The notes: generated from the sequence alone by a model not told the origin. Numbered from the stretch's first letter, positions 17,007 through 27,117 are shown. The stretch: 44,572 bases of DNA from Chlorobium sp. (GCA_028278005.1 JANQFD010000055.1:1-44572); one strand, 5' to 3'. Translations and numbers: made by a program.

Positions 17007-18062
17007 ATGCTCAAAAATGATCTTTTTCTTCGGGCGTTAAAACGGCAGCCGGTACCAAGGACGCCAATATGGGTAATGCGTCAGGCAGGGCGTTATTTGC
17101 CGGAATACCGTGCAGTCAGGGAGAAAACCGATTTCCTGACACTGTGTAAAACTCCTGAACTTGCAACGGAAGTTACTATCCAGCCCGTTGATATCATTGG
17201 CGTTGACGCAGCCATTATTTTTTCGGATATTCTTGTCGTCAATGAAGCCATGGGCATGAATGTTGAAATCATAGAGTCCAAAGGCATCAGACTTACCCCC
17301 CCTATCCGTTCCCAGGTGGACATCGATCGTCTTATCATACCGGATATCAATGAAAAGCTCGGCTATGTCCTCGATGCGATCCGGATGACTAAAAGAGAGC
17401 TGGACAACAGGGTTCCCCTGATCGGCTTTTCCGGGGCGGCCTGGACCCTCTTTACCTATGCTGTAGAAGGTGGCGGCTCGAAGAATTATGCTTTTGCCAA
17501 GAAAATGATGTATCGTGAGCCCAAAATGGCACACATGCTGCTCAGCAAGATCTCAAGCGTTATTACAGAATATCTTTTGATGCAGATAGATGCCGGCGCG
17601 GATGCCGTTCAGATTTTCGATTCCTGGGCAAGCGCTCTTTCCGAGGATGATTACCGTGAGTTTGCGCTTCCCTATATCAAGGAAAGTGTCCAGGCGGTGA
17701 AAACAAAGTACCCTGATACGCCGGTTATTGTCTTTTCAAAAGACTGCAACACCATTCTCTCCGATATTGCCGACACCGGCTGCGATGCCATGGGGCTTGG
17801 GTGGAACATGGATATTGCCAAGGCCCGCGCCGAGCTTAAAGACAGGGTGACGCTTCAGGGTAACATGGACCCGACGGTGCTGTATGGAACCCATGATAAA
17901 ATCAGGGCGGAAGCTGCCAAAATCCTCGAACGTTTCGGAAAACATACCGAAGCCTCGGGCCACGTTTTCAATCTCGGTCATGGTATTCTTCCCGATGTCG
18001 ATCCGGCCAATCTTAAATGCCTGGTTGACTTTGTCAAAGAAGAGAGCACCAAGTATCACTAA
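17007..18062 (+). CDS. hemE: Uroporphyrinogen decarboxylase
   Basis: PIWVMRQAGRYLPEYR, AAIIFSDIL, QGNMDP and FNLGHGI motifs. Confidence 0.97.
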   Translation: MLKNDLFLRALKRQPVPRTPIWVMRQAGRYLPEYRAVREKTDFLTLCKTPELATEVTIQPVDIIGVDAAIIFSDILVVNEAMGMNVEIIESKGIRLTPPIRSQVDIDRLIIPDINEKLGYVLDAIRMTKRELDNRVPLIGFSGAAWTLFTYAVEGGGSKNYAFAKKMMYREPKMAHMLLSKISSVITEYLLMQIDAGADAVQIFDSWASALSEDDYREFALPYIKESVQAVKTKYPDTPVIVFSKDCNTILSDIADTGCDAMGLGWNMDIAKARAELKDRVTLQGNMDPTVLYGTHDKIRAEAAKILERFGKHTEASGHVFNLGHGILPDVDPANLKCLVDFVKEESTKYH

Positions 18063-18084
18063 GCATTTTCGCATTCCTCTTTTC

Positions 18085-18122
18085 AACTCCGCTTTTCTTC
18101 AAGGATAAGCGGAGTTTTTTTT
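18085..18122 (+). terminator. Rho-independent terminator of hemE
   Basis: AACTCCGCTT...AAGCGGAGTT stem followed by a T run. Confidence 0.85.
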
Positions 18123-18219
18123 GCCCGCTCAGTCTCCCGCCAACCACAATCTCCATTTTATTATATTTGTTTTTATATGACGCAAACCGAGGCCCCGAGA
18201 GCATGAACCGCAAAAAATC

Positions 18220-19047
18220 ATGGTGACAATGCCCCCATCGGAAAGGTTCAAGCAGAAGCTTGCCCATATCATTTTCGATTACAATACCGTACCGTCAAAG
18301 ATGTTCGATCTTTTTCTGATTGCGGCTATTGTTATCAGTGTCATCGTTGTCATGCTTGACAGCGTATCTGGCATCCATGCGGTGTACGGTGATTTTTTTT
18401 ATGTCCTTGAATGGTTTTTTACCGTCATTTTTACGGTTGAATACGGCATGAGGCTCTATGTTGCCACCAACCGGATGCGTTACGCCCGAAGTTTTTTCGG
18501 AATTATCGATCTGCTGTCAATTCTGCCGACCTATTTCAGCATTTTTTTTCCCGGCACGCAATACTTGCTTGTTATCAGGTTTTTCAGGGTGTTGAGGATC
18601 TTCAGGCTGCTCAAGCTTGTGAAGTTTGTCAAGGAAGGTGAATATGTAAGAAACGCGATTCTTGCTTCAAGCCGTAAAATACTTTTTTTCCTTTTTTTCG
18701 TAATGGTTACGGTCAGCATCATCGGTGCTCTCATGTATCTTATTGAGGGTGAGGAGCATGGTTTCCACAGTATTCCTGAAGGGGTATACTGGGCGATTGT
18801 CACCATAACCACAGTGGGGTATGGAGATATCTCACCCCAGACCATTCCGGGCAGGGCGCTTGCTGCAATGTTGATGATTATCGGTTACAGTATTATCGCT
18901 GTTCCAACCGGGATTGTATCGGCGGAGATGGCTTCCATGAACGAGCAGCTACATGCAGACCTGTCAAAGTTAAACTCCTGCTGCAAAATCATTGACCACG
19001 ATGGCGATGCGAGGCACTGTAAAGAGTGCGGTAAACCGCTGGACTAG
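18220..19047 (+). CDS. Voltage-gated-type potassium channel (ion transporter)
   Basis: S4-like IRFFRVLRIFRLLKLVK, selectivity filter TTVGYGD, C-terminal Cys/His ribbon. Confidence 0.92.
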   Translation: MVTMPPSERFKQKLAHIIFDYNTVPSKMFDLFLIAAIVISVIVVMLDSVSGIHAVYGDFFYVLEWFFTVIFTVEYGMRLYVATNRMRYARSFFGIIDLLSILPTYFSIFFPGTQYLLVIRFFRVLRIFRLLKLVKFVKEGEYVRNAILASSRKILFFLFFVMVTVSIIGALMYLIEGEEHGFHSIPEGVYWAIVTITTVGYGDISPQTIPGRALAAMLMIIGYSIIAVPTGIVSAEMASMNEQLHADLSKLNSCCKIIDHDGDARHCKECGKPLD

Positions 19048-19079
19048 TGGTGAGTGGTGCCTGGAGAGAGGGGTTCTTG

Positions 19080-19949
19080 CTATTTCCGGAAAGGGCCGAT
19101 CACCCCATATTCAATTTTTACCGGCTTGATCCTGTAAGTCAGGACCGGACGGTAGGCGTGTTCTGAAACGCTTTCGGCAATGCTGCCTTCAATAAGATGC
19201 GAGAGTCCTGATCTTCCATGAGTCGGGACACAGATCATGTCGGCCTGCATGTCCCTTGCGAAATGCAGGATTCCCTCTTCTTCGCTGTCGTCGTTATAGA
19301 TGTTTATGGTATAATTGCTGAGCTTTTGTTCTTCGGCAAATCCCTCCATGAGCTGACGGCTGTATCTCGATGTTTCAAAATGTGATCTTGTGTTTACCTT
19401 GAGCAGATGCAGCGTGGCATCATACAGTGAGGCAAAGTCCTGCAGGGCATTGAAACCCGCAGCGATTTCGCCATAGAAATTCGAGCCGAAGACAATGTTC
19501 GACGGGCAGAAATAAGAAACGGGCTCCTTGATGGTTAGCACCAGGCAAGAAGCGTGCTGGATAACCTTCTCGGTTGTCGAGCCGACAAGAATCCTGTTGA
19601 TTCCCTGGCGCCCGTGTGATCCGATAACAATAAGGTCGAACGCTTCGTCGGCGGCTTTGCGTGATATTTTTTCATACGGGGTGTCAAAATCCACCGAGTA
19701 GGTTACATCGATGTCGCTGCACTGATCGCATTCTGCTGTCTGGGCAAGCTTGTTTTCGATTTCTTCAAGAACATTCGTACTCCCGAGAGCCCTGTAGGCG
19801 ATGATATCGGTTATTTCAGGGTAGTCGGGAACCTCTATGACATGGTACAGATGGAGTTCAGCGCCACTCTTTCTTGCGATACTGGCGGCTACCTCGAAAG
19901 CATAGGAGGCCTGATCTGAAAAATCTGTCGGTACAAGAATCCGTTTCAT
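19080..19949 (-). CDS. Tandem universal stress protein (UspA family)
   Basis: MKRILVPTDFS, DLIVIGSHGR..GSTTEKV, and a second domain with THGRSG..GSIAESV. Confidence 0.93.
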   Translation of the reverse strand: MKRILVPTDFSDQASYAFEVAASIARKSGAELHLYHVIEVPDYPEITDIIAYRALGSTNVLEEIENKLAQTAECDQCSDIDVTYSVDFDTPYEKISRKAADEAFDLIVIGSHGRQGINRILVGSTTEKVIQHASCLVLTIKEPVSYFCPSNIVFGSNFYGEIAAGFNALQDFASLYDATLHLLKVNTRSHFETSRYSRQLMEGFAEEQKLSNYTINIYNDDSEEEGILHFARDMQADMICVPTHGRSGLSHLIEGSIAESVSEHAYRPVLTYRIKPVKIEYGVIGPFRK

Positions 19950-20007
19950 GGCGGCTTACATTGGTTAACGCTCCTATGTAGAAGGTAAAAAAATGCAGCG
20001 TATATTA

Positions 20008-20184
20008 GGGCACCTCTATTTATTTATTCCGCGATTCAACTACTTCGCTGATCCCGACAAGTCGGGATCGAAACCCTCATGTCCCGACAGGTCGGGTCAC
20101 TCCGGTTTTGTAGTTTATCCCGATTGTATCGGGTCTCCGTTCGCCTTGTTTTTGAACCGCTCATGACAATAAATAGAGGTGCCC
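20008..20184. mobile_element. MITE copy 2 (intact, 177 bp)
   Basis: Perfect 17-bp TIRs GGGCACCTCTATTTATT / AATAAATAGAGGTGCCC; ATTA flanks both sides (20004-20007, 20185-20188); three internal CCCGA..TCGGG hairpins. Confidence 0.9.
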
Positions 20185-20199
20185 ATTAGTATTAGTACT

Positions 20200-20400
20200 G
20201 ACAAGGGGGAATCAGTGGGCAGTCGGCAACTGGCAGTCAGCAGTCCTCAGTCAGCAGTATTCAGTGAGTCGGGAGTGGGCAGCTGTCTTCAGTTGGCCAA
20301 AAGTAAAGGCCAGAGGTCAAAATTAGAGTGTTTGGGTAATCGGGAATCGGGGTCGAAAAGGAATCGATTGGCAGTAGGCGATCGCGAGATGGCAAGCAGG
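20200..20400 (+). repeat. Mosaic 7-bp tandem repeat array
   Basis: Eight in-phase CAGTnnn-type units at 20213-20268, then AAAAGT- and GAATCGG-type units. Confidence 0.8.
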
Positions 20401-20472
20401 TGAGTTACTGTTTGCAGGGGTTTTACTATATTACTTCCCGGTGAGAGATCGTGTAAGGATTGACAGCTGTAT

Positions 20473-21084
20473 ATGGAGCATGAGTCCCCTGATACAAAAA
20501 TGGAAGATCGCGTGCGCAAGGCTATGGGGCTCAGCGCACGGCTGAAGCAACAGGTTGCCGATTCGCAGAGTTCTGAAATTGTCGCAATGGCCGGAATTAT
20601 TGCCCGCTCATTCGAAGCAGGGGGAAAGCTGTTGATCTGCGGCAATGGAGGCAGTGCTTCCGATGCGCAGCACCTGGCTACCGAGTTTACTATTCGTTAC
20701 AGAAAAAGTGTTGCCAGAAAGGCACTGCCGGCGATTGCACTCTCGGCTGATACAGCCGCTCTTACCGCAGGTGCAAATGATCTGGGATATGATCAGGTTT
20801 TTGCCCGGCTTGTGGAAGCTTATGGTAAGCGGGGAGACGTCATCCTCGGGATTTCAACCAGCGGCAACAGCATGAGCATCTATAATGCTCTTCGGCAAGG
20901 CGGTTCACAGGGGCTTCATACTCTTGCCCTGCTCGGTGGAGACGGCGGCGCTGTCCGTGAAGTTTCCGGGCTTTCGGTCGTCGTACCGTACGCTGAAGCG
21001 GCAGACAGGGTCCAGGAATGTCATATTGCCATAGGGCATGTTATTATAGAATGTGTGGAAAGTATCATGGGGTATTGCAAGTAA
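20473..21084 (+). CDS. gmhA: Phosphoheptose isomerase (SIS domain)
   Basis: [28 protein letters not shown] and RVQECH motifs. Confidence 0.93.
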   Translation: MEHESPDTKMEDRVRKAMGLSARLKQQVADSQSSEIVAMAGIIARSFEAGGKLLICGNGGSASDAQHLATEFTIRYRKSVARKALPAIALSADTAALTAGANDLGYDQVFARLVEAYGKRGDVILGISTSGNSMSIYNALRQGGSQGLHTLALLGGDGGAVREVSGLSVVVPYAEAADRVQECHIAIGHVIIECVESIMGYCK

Positions 21085-21114
21085 CCTGCTTAATAAACGG
21101 AAAACATACTGCAT

Positions 21115-21582
21115 ATGACCATCAAGACTATAGAGGGAACACTCGATGCAAAAAACATGAAGTTTGCACTGGTGGTTTCCAGATTCAACGATTTTATCGG
21201 ACAGAAGCTTGTCGAGGGTGCGCTTGACTGTATCCTCCGCCATGGCGGGTCCGACGAACATGTAGAGGTTGTCAAATGTCCCGGTGCATTCGAGCTCCCG
21301 GCGGTTGCAAAAAAAGCAGCCCTGACCGGCCGTTATGATGCGGTTATCGCTCTTGGTGCGATTATCAGGGGTGCTACCTCTCACTACGATGTGATCGCAG
21401 CAGAAGCAACAAAAGGTATTGCCCAGGCTGGTCTCGAAACCATGATCCCCATTACCTTTGGAGTGCTGACTACCGACAATCTCGAGCAGGCTATCGAACG
21501 CGCGGGAACCAAAGCCGGTAACAAGGGCTTCGACGCGGCTCTGGCAGCGATAGAAATGGTCAATCTTTACCGGCAGGTCTGA
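21115..21582 (+). CDS. ribH: 6,7-dimethyl-8-ribityllumazine synthase
   Basis: [28 protein letters not shown] and GNKG motifs. Confidence 0.97.
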   Translation: MTIKTIEGTLDAKNMKFALVVSRFNDFIGQKLVEGALDCILRHGGSDEHVEVVKCPGAFELPAVAKKAALTGRYDAVIALGAIIRGATSHYDVIAAEATKGIAQAGLETMIPITFGVLTTDNLEQAIERAGTKAGNKGFDAALAAIEMVNLYRQV

Positions 21583-21627
21583 TTTTCTCTCCCGGTATCG
21601 GGTAGGACATATTCAGGAGAGTTCCCT

Positions 21628-22104
21628 ATGAGCGCAACGCATGGCAGGACAATTCTGGCCGGTATTGCCGGCGGGGCGTCCATGAACGTTGTAATGCTGC
21701 TTACCTTTCGGCTGCTTGGTTTCGGCTGGAACGGCGGGGGTATCCTGCTTACATCACCGCATCAAAGCCGCAAGCTCATAGCGGTCTGGACGGAAATGGA
21801 GCCAATACCGCTTGTTGTCAATACACCGGCTCCGATCATTACCGGGATCATCCTCTATGGCATTATGCATGCCTATATCTACCGGTGGGTCGCTCCCGCA
21901 TGGCCGGCAGGAATTCTCAAGCGTGGGTTACGGTTCTCGATCCTTGTTTTTGTGATGGCATTTCTCTTCTGGGAGTTCTTCACCCCGTTCAACATGTTCG
22001 GTGAACCCCTGCACCTGATAGCTCTTGAACTTGTATTCTGGGCCTGCATAGCTTTTGCCGACGGGATGACGATCGCGGGGATCGTTGAAAAAAGGTTACG
22101 GTAA
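21628..22104 (+). CDS. Hypothetical membrane protein (about 4 TM helices)
   Basis: 158 aa with hydrophobic segments; AGGAG SD; TAATG coupling to the next gene. Confidence 0.75.
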   Translation: MSATHGRTILAGIAGGASMNVVMLLTFRLLGFGWNGGGILLTSPHQSRKLIAVWTEMEPIPLVVNTPAPIITGIILYGIMHAYIYRWVAPAWPAGILKRGLRFSILVFVMAFLFWEFFTPFNMFGEPLHLIALELVFWACIAFADGMTIAGIVEKRLR

Positions 22105-22742
22105 TGGGATATACTGAACCGGATCTTTCAAAATCTGCGCTTGTGACCATTGACGTTCAGCGCGATTTTTCGCTGAGAGGGGCCCCTGCTGAAATTGCCG
22201 GAACTATGGAAAACGTGCCGAACATGGTGAGACTGCTCTCTATGTTTCGCAAAGTTTTCAGGCCGATTGTCCATGTTGTTCGTTTGTACCGGGCGGACGG
22301 TTCCAACGTCGATCTCTGCCGGCGCGCACTGATTCGAAGCGGTACAAGCGTCGTTCGTCCGGGTTCGGAGGGGGCGGAACTGGTTGGTGAACTGCTTCCT
22401 GATCCGACTGCAAAACTTGACTGTGGACTTCTGCTTGACGGGGGTGTCCAGTTTTGCAGTCAAAATGAATCAGTTATCTACAAACCACGCTGGGGAGCAT
22501 TTTATCAGACACCTCTTCAGAAACACCTTGAAGCTCTGAAGGTCAACACGATTGTTGTTTGCGGGTGTAATTTCCCGAATTGTCCCAGAACTACAATCTA
22601 CGAGGCGAGCGAAAGAGATTTCAAAGTGGTCCTTGTTCGGGATGCGGTTTCGGGACTTTATCGGAAGGCTGAAGAAGAATTACTGAACATAGGTGTTCAT
22701 CTTAGCTCGACCGCAGATCTGGCGGGGAGTTTTGGGAGGTGA
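22104..22742 (+). CDS. Isochorismatase-family cysteine hydrolase
   Basis: ALVTIDVQRDF (Asp), YKPRWGAF (Lys) and NFPNCPRTT (Cys) catalytic triad. Confidence 0.9.
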   Translation: MGYTEPDLSKSALVTIDVQRDFSLRGAPAEIAGTMENVPNMVRLLSMFRKVFRPIVHVVRLYRADGSNVDLCRRALIRSGTSVVRPGSEGAELVGELLPDPTAKLDCGLLLDGGVQFCSQNESVIYKPRWGAFYQTPLQKHLEALKVNTIVVCGCNFPNCPRTTIYEASERDFKVVLVRDAVSGLYRKAEEELLNIGVHLSSTADLAGSFGR

Positions 22743-23773
22743 CGATGCGGTATTTCGGATCGTTTGCGCAGAGTAAAAAGGTTGAGCTTTCTGCAATGAC
22801 CCTGAAACAGATTCGGCATGAGTTTGGTGCAGAGGTCGAGCCTTTTACCCTGCATATCCCTTTGCCTGAGTTGCTCGCCGGTGCATGGATGGCGTGCAGG
22901 GAATCGTTGCTGGTCGGCATTGTACGTCGTGATCTGAAAGAAGCAGTGGCAGCAACCGTTTCGGCGGTCAATCGCTGTCCTTATTGTGTCGATGCCCACA
23001 ACATCATGATGCTTGCTTTCTCCGGAAGGGAATACTCCTCTGCGATTTCGGAAAGCCGGTATGACGCAATTGCAGATGAGGGTGTCCGGGAGGTTGTCCG
23101 ATGGGCGGCGGCAACCCGCTCTCCCGGCTCATCGGAACTGAATGCCCCACCGTTTCCTCCTGATGAAGCGCCTGAATTTATCGGGACGGCACTGTTTTTC
23201 CATTACATCAACCGGATGGTAACAATACTGCTGGGCAGATCTCCCCTGCCGTTTTCCAAAGGTACACCAAAAAAGGCCGCGATGCGGATGGCTGCATGGT
23301 ATTTCGGGAGAGCGATCCACTTGTCGGGGACGCCATGTGCTTCGCTTGATCTGCTGCCGCCGGCTGATTTGCCCGAAGACCTGCGATGGTCGAAATCATC
23401 CCGATGCATATCAGGTGCTTATGCGGCATTTTCCAGGGCCGTCGATGACGCAGGTTCGGAGGTTCTTCCCGAAAAGGTCAGAAATGCTATTGGTCATATT
23501 CTCGATATGTGGGACGGCAAGGACCCCGGAACCCTTGAATCCCTGATCGCCCTGAACCTCGGAAAATATACCGGCAGATCAAGAGCGGCAGGCGAACTTG
23601 CGCTTTGTGCGGCGCTGGCTCCTTATCGTGTGACCGAACGTCTGGTTTCGGCTTTTGCAAGCCACCATCCCGGCGACAGGCAGTTGCTTGCGGTTCTTGC
23701 ATGGGGCAGCTTTGCCGCAGCAAGGCGAATAGGGGAATGGATTGGAAAGCCTTTCGAGGAAAAGTACCGCTAA
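22739..23773 (+). CDS. AhpD / carboxymuconolactone decarboxylase-family protein
   Basis: KEAVAATVSAVNRCPYCVDAH matches the AhpD core motif; GTG start overlapping the previous stop. Confidence 0.85.
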   Translation: MTMRYFGSFAQSKKVELSAMTLKQIRHEFGAEVEPFTLHIPLPELLAGAWMACRESLLVGIVRRDLKEAVAATVSAVNRCPYCVDAHNIMMLAFSGREYSSAISESRYDAIADEGVREVVRWAAATRSPGSSELNAPPFPPDEAPEFIGTALFFHYINRMVTILLGRSPLPFSKGTPKKAAMRMAAWYFGRAIHLSGTPCASLDLLPPADLPEDLRWSKSSRCISGAYAAFSRAVDDAGSEVLPEKVRNAIGHILDMWDGKDPGTLESLIALNLGKYTGRSRAAGELALCAALAPYRVTERLVSAFASHHPGDRQLLAVLAWGSFAAARRIGEWIGKPFEEKYR

Positions 23774-24480
23774 GCTGCGCCGGGTGATTGGCCCAGGTTG
23801 TTGCTGATGGTTTCGTAGACGGCATCCTGCAGCTCCTGGGCGTTTTTCCCTCTGGTCGCGATAGGTCTTCCGATAATGAGCTGGACCCTTGCTTTGCTTA
23901 TTCTGAGGCTGTTTTTCGGGGTTATGCGGTTGCTGCCGATAATGGTTACCGGGAGTATTGGGGCATGGGCTTTCTGGGCGATCATGAACGCTCCGCGTTT
24001 GAAAGGCTGAATCTCGCCGGTTTTCGATCTGGTGCCTTCGGGGAAAATATGGATCGAACGTCCGTTTTTCAGAACTTCTGCAGCTTTCAAAAGGCTTTTC
24101 AGAGCTTCCTTGTTTTGACCGCGCTTGATCAGCACGTAGCCCGCCTGTTTGATTGCCCAGCCGAATATCGGGATTTTACCCAGTTCCTCCTTGGCGACGA
24201 AACGCATATTGAGGTGAATGGAACCGAGTATGAGCGGGATGTCTGCCATACCGGCGTGATTACTTACGATCAGATAGTTTGTATTCGGGTTGTACTGTTC
24301 TTCTCCGGTTATTTCGATACGTATTCCCATCAGTCGCGCACAGAAACGGCCCCACCATGCAGCCATGCGGTGGAAACGGTCGCCGCTGGGATCGAAGAGG
24401 TTTACCAGGAGTGCGAGCAGGAGCCCGAAAAACATGACCGGCAAAACAACCAGGAAAAATAAAAGGGTCTGGAGGGTCAT
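23770..24480 (-). CDS. plsC: 1-acyl-sn-glycerol-3-phosphate acyltransferase
   Basis: SNHAGMADI (NHx4D), FVAKEEL and FPEGTRS; ATG 24480 chosen because the upstream codons are repeat-derived. Confidence 0.9.
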   Translation of the reverse strand: MTLQTLLFFLVVLPVMFFGLLLALLVNLFDPSGDRFHRMAAWWGRFCARLMGIRIEITGEEQYNPNTNYLIVSNHAGMADIPLILGSIHLNMRFVAKEELGKIPIFGWAIKQAGYVLIKRGQNKEALKSLLKAAEVLKNGRSIHIFPEGTRSKTGEIQPFKRGAFMIAQKAHAPILPVTIIGSNRITPKNSLRISKARVQLIIGRPIATRGKNAQELQDAVYETISNNLGQSPGAA

Positions 24481-24484
24481 CCGG

Positions 24485-24585
24485 AAGTCAAAAGTCAAAG
24501 ATTAAAAGGCAAAATTCAAAAGTAAAAAGTAAAAAAATCCTTCTTCCCTTGCCAACTGCCAACTGCGGACTGATTTCCCCTTGTC
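24485..24585. repeat. 7-bp tandem repeat arrays between thrC and plsC
   Basis: Seven AAGTCAA-type units at 24485-24533, then CCAACTG CCAACTG CGGACTG at 24552-24572. Confidence 0.8.
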
Positions 24586-24605
24586 GCTGGATATGCGTCA
24601 CTGAA

Positions 24606-25916
24606 TCAAAGCTTCGAAAGAAAACCTGCGAGGTCTCTGTAGTCGGAGCTGATCGGTATCGAGATTTTCTGCTTGTCGAGCACTTCCTGAAGACGGTCCG
24701 GAATAGAGATATCCATGTCGAGGGCTTCCCTGATCGCATCGAGGAATTTCGCCGGATGGGCCGTTGACATCACTGCTGCAGGTTTGTCAAACCCGCTGTT
24801 TGATTCCCTGAATTTTTCAAGAGCCCGGTAGCCTACTGCGGTATGAGGGTCCATGATATACCCCAGGCGGTTGTAGACCTTGCTGATTGTATCAAGCGTT
24901 TCGCTGTCTGAAACCGAGCAGCCTGAAATATCAGCCGCCATTGCATGGTGATTGTCTCCATAGAAATGTCTCAACCGGGCGAAGTTGCTCGGATTGCCCA
25001 CATCCATCGCCGATGAGAGCGTTGCAACCGTAGGGTGCGGCTCATAACGCCCCTCTTCGAGATAACGGGTTACGCTGTCATTGACATTGGAGCCGGCGAT
25101 GAAGTGTCCGATCGGGAAGCCCATCATTTTCGCAAGCACTCCGCCGGTCAGATTGCCGTAATTACCGCTTGGAACGGAAAACACGACTTTTTTCCCGGGA
25201 TGTCTTGCAGCAAGCCGTAAAGCACCCCAGGCATAATAAAACGTTTGCGGGATCAAACGTGATATGTTGATGGAATTTGCCGATGTCAATGACAGACGCT
25301 GCTTCAGCTCCGTATCCATGAAAGCCTGTTTTACAAGGCGTTGACAATCGTCGAAATCACCGTCAACCTCGAGAGCGGTCACATTGCCGCCGACAGTTGT
25401 AAGCTGCTGCTCCTGCAGACGGCTGACTTTACCTGAAGGGTAGAGCAATACCACCCGTGTGTTCGGAACCCCTTTGAAGCCATATGCCACTGCACTTCCG
25501 GTATCGCCCGATGTAGCAACAAGAATGGTGATAAGCGTGTGGTCTTCTTCTGCGAAATAGCCCGTTAGATGAGCGAGAAAACGGGCTCCATAATCCTTGA
25601 AAGCCAGAGTTGGCCCGTGAAAAAGCTCTTCGATGTATGTGCCTTCATCTATTTCCACAAGAGGGGTTTTAAACGTGAAACAGTCCTCGACGATTGCGGC
25701 AAGGCGGTCGTCGGGGATTTCACCGTCGTTGAACTTTTTTGCAATGGCAAAGGCTATATCGTTAAACGGGGCATCACCGAGCAATGCAATTTCCTCATCG
25801 GAAAAACCGGGTATTGCCGACGGGACATAGAGGCCGCCGTCGGTAGCGAGGCCTTCGAGTGTTGCTTTTTTCAGCGATGCAGGAGTGGATTTTTTATTTG
25901 TGCTGTAGAATATCAT
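24606..25916 (-). CDS. thrC: Threonine synthase
   Basis: ELFHGPTLAFKD (PLP Lys), ATSGDTGSA, SANSIN, VPSGNYGN and TAHPAKF motifs. Confidence 0.96.
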   Translation of the reverse strand: MIFYSTNKKSTPASLKKATLEGLATDGGLYVPSAIPGFSDEEIALLGDAPFNDIAFAIAKKFNDGEIPDDRLAAIVEDCFTFKTPLVEIDEGTYIEELFHGPTLAFKDYGARFLAHLTGYFAEEDHTLITILVATSGDTGSAVAYGFKGVPNTRVVLLYPSGKVSRLQEQQLTTVGGNVTALEVDGDFDDCQRLVKQAFMDTELKQRLSLTSANSINISRLIPQTFYYAWGALRLAARHPGKKVVFSVPSGNYGNLTGGVLAKMMGFPIGHFIAGSNVNDSVTRYLEEGRYEPHPTVATLSSAMDVGNPSNFARLRHFYGDNHHAMAADISGCSVSDSETLDTISKVYNRLGYIMDPHTAVGYRALEKFRESNSGFDKPAAVMSTAHPAKFLDAIREALDMDISIPDRLQEVLDKQKISIPISSDYRDLAGFLSKL

Positions 25917-25927
25917 GAGAGTGGCTA

Positions 25928-26890
25928 TTAGATAACTTTTGCTCCCTCCTTGCAGACGGGAGAAACCCAGATATCGGATTGCAGTTTTTCCGGGATGTTT
26001 AAAAAAGCATCCTGCATGGATTTTCCGACGGTTACGGCTGTTTCATACGATGAAGAAAAAGCGAAAATCGAAGGGCCCGAGCCGGCGATACTGCAGCCGA
26101 GAGCGCCTGCTTCGAGTGCTGCATGTTTTACTGTGTAAAAGCCCGGAATGAGCGGGGCTCTTTTCGGTTCGGCTATCACATCCACGAGGGATCTGCCGAT
26201 CAGTTCGTAGTCCGAAGTGAGCAATCCTGAAACAAGCGCTCCGACATTACCCCACTGCTGTGTTGCTGTTTTCAGGGCTACCGAGCGGGGCAGAACAGAG
26301 CGAGCATAGGCCGTTCGAACCTCGATATGCGGATGGGCAAGCGTGCAGAAAAGGTCCGGAGGGGAAGGGATCGTGATCAGGTCTATAGGATTGTAACTGC
26401 GAATCAGTACAAAATTACCGAGCATTGCGGGAGCGGCGTTATCCGCATGGGCCGAGCCGCAGGCGACACGTTCGCCTTCAATCGCAAAATGTACGAGATC
26501 CATTTTGCTGCAGGGGCTTCCCATCAGTTCATTTGCAGCTACAAGGGCAGCCGCGGCGCTTGCCGCGCTGCTGCCCATGCCGCTGCTGAGCGGAAGGTTC
26601 TTTCTCAGTTCGAGCTCTATATGGCCTTCGAAATCAATGCCTTTATGTGTCCGGATATATTCAAGGAACTTCAGGACGACAAAGCTGGAGGTGTTTTTTT
26701 TTGCATCTCTCGGCAGGGCACCGCCATCTCCGCTGATCGAGGTGATTGATACGGGAATTGCTTCCGTTCTGTCTTTCCTGTGGGTCAGAACCACTTCGTC
26801 ACCCGGCTCCGTAATGGCAAACCCAAGGACATCAAAACCACAGGCGACATTTCCGATGGTTGCCGAAGCAAATCCGGTGACAGTTTTCAT
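25928..26890 (-). CDS. thrB: Homoserine kinase
   Basis: NVACGFDVLG, PLSSGMGSSAAS, HADN and IAGSGPS (GHMP kinase). Confidence 0.95.
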   Translation of the reverse strand: MKTVTGFASATIGNVACGFDVLGFAITEPGDEVVLTHRKDRTEAIPVSITSISGDGGALPRDAKKNTSSFVVLKFLEYIRTHKGIDFEGHIELELRKNLPLSSGMGSSAASAAAALVAANELMGSPCSKMDLVHFAIEGERVACGSAHADNAAPAMLGNFVLIRSYNPIDLITIPSPPDLFCTLAHPHIEVRTAYARSVLPRSVALKTATQQWGNVGALVSGLLTSDYELIGRSLVDVIAEPKRAPLIPGFYTVKHAALEAGALGCSIAGSGPSIFAFSSSYETAVTVGKSMQDAFLNIPEKLQSDIWVSPVCKEGAKVI

Positions 26891-27117
26891 ACGGGCATAC
26901 GTTGCTTAATAATTCTTGCCTGGATGGAGTAGTGCTGGACGTTGAGGAATAGAGATTTCCGGTATACAAGAGTATTTGAATTACTAATACCTTTTCCTTA
27001 AATTAGGCATTCAAATTTTTAGGAAAGAGTTTCGACGGAGTCTGATCTGATTTTCTAAAGAAAGTATAATAAAATAAACTTTCTCCATTCTTCACAAATA
27101 ACAAAGCTAATTACGAT

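Noticed and set aside
18220-19949. K+ channel and Usp as a joint system
   Set aside because: Convergent orientation; both are common stand-alone families.
20213-20268. Possible CRISPR array
   Set aside because: Contiguous 7-bp units with no 23-47 bp repeat/spacer structure and no cas genes.
20179-20403. 74-aa ORF (and 12080-12343, 24488-24739)
   Set aside because: Translations of heptamer repeat arrays (SRQLAVSS, LPTANCLL, FTFEFCLL), not credible proteins.
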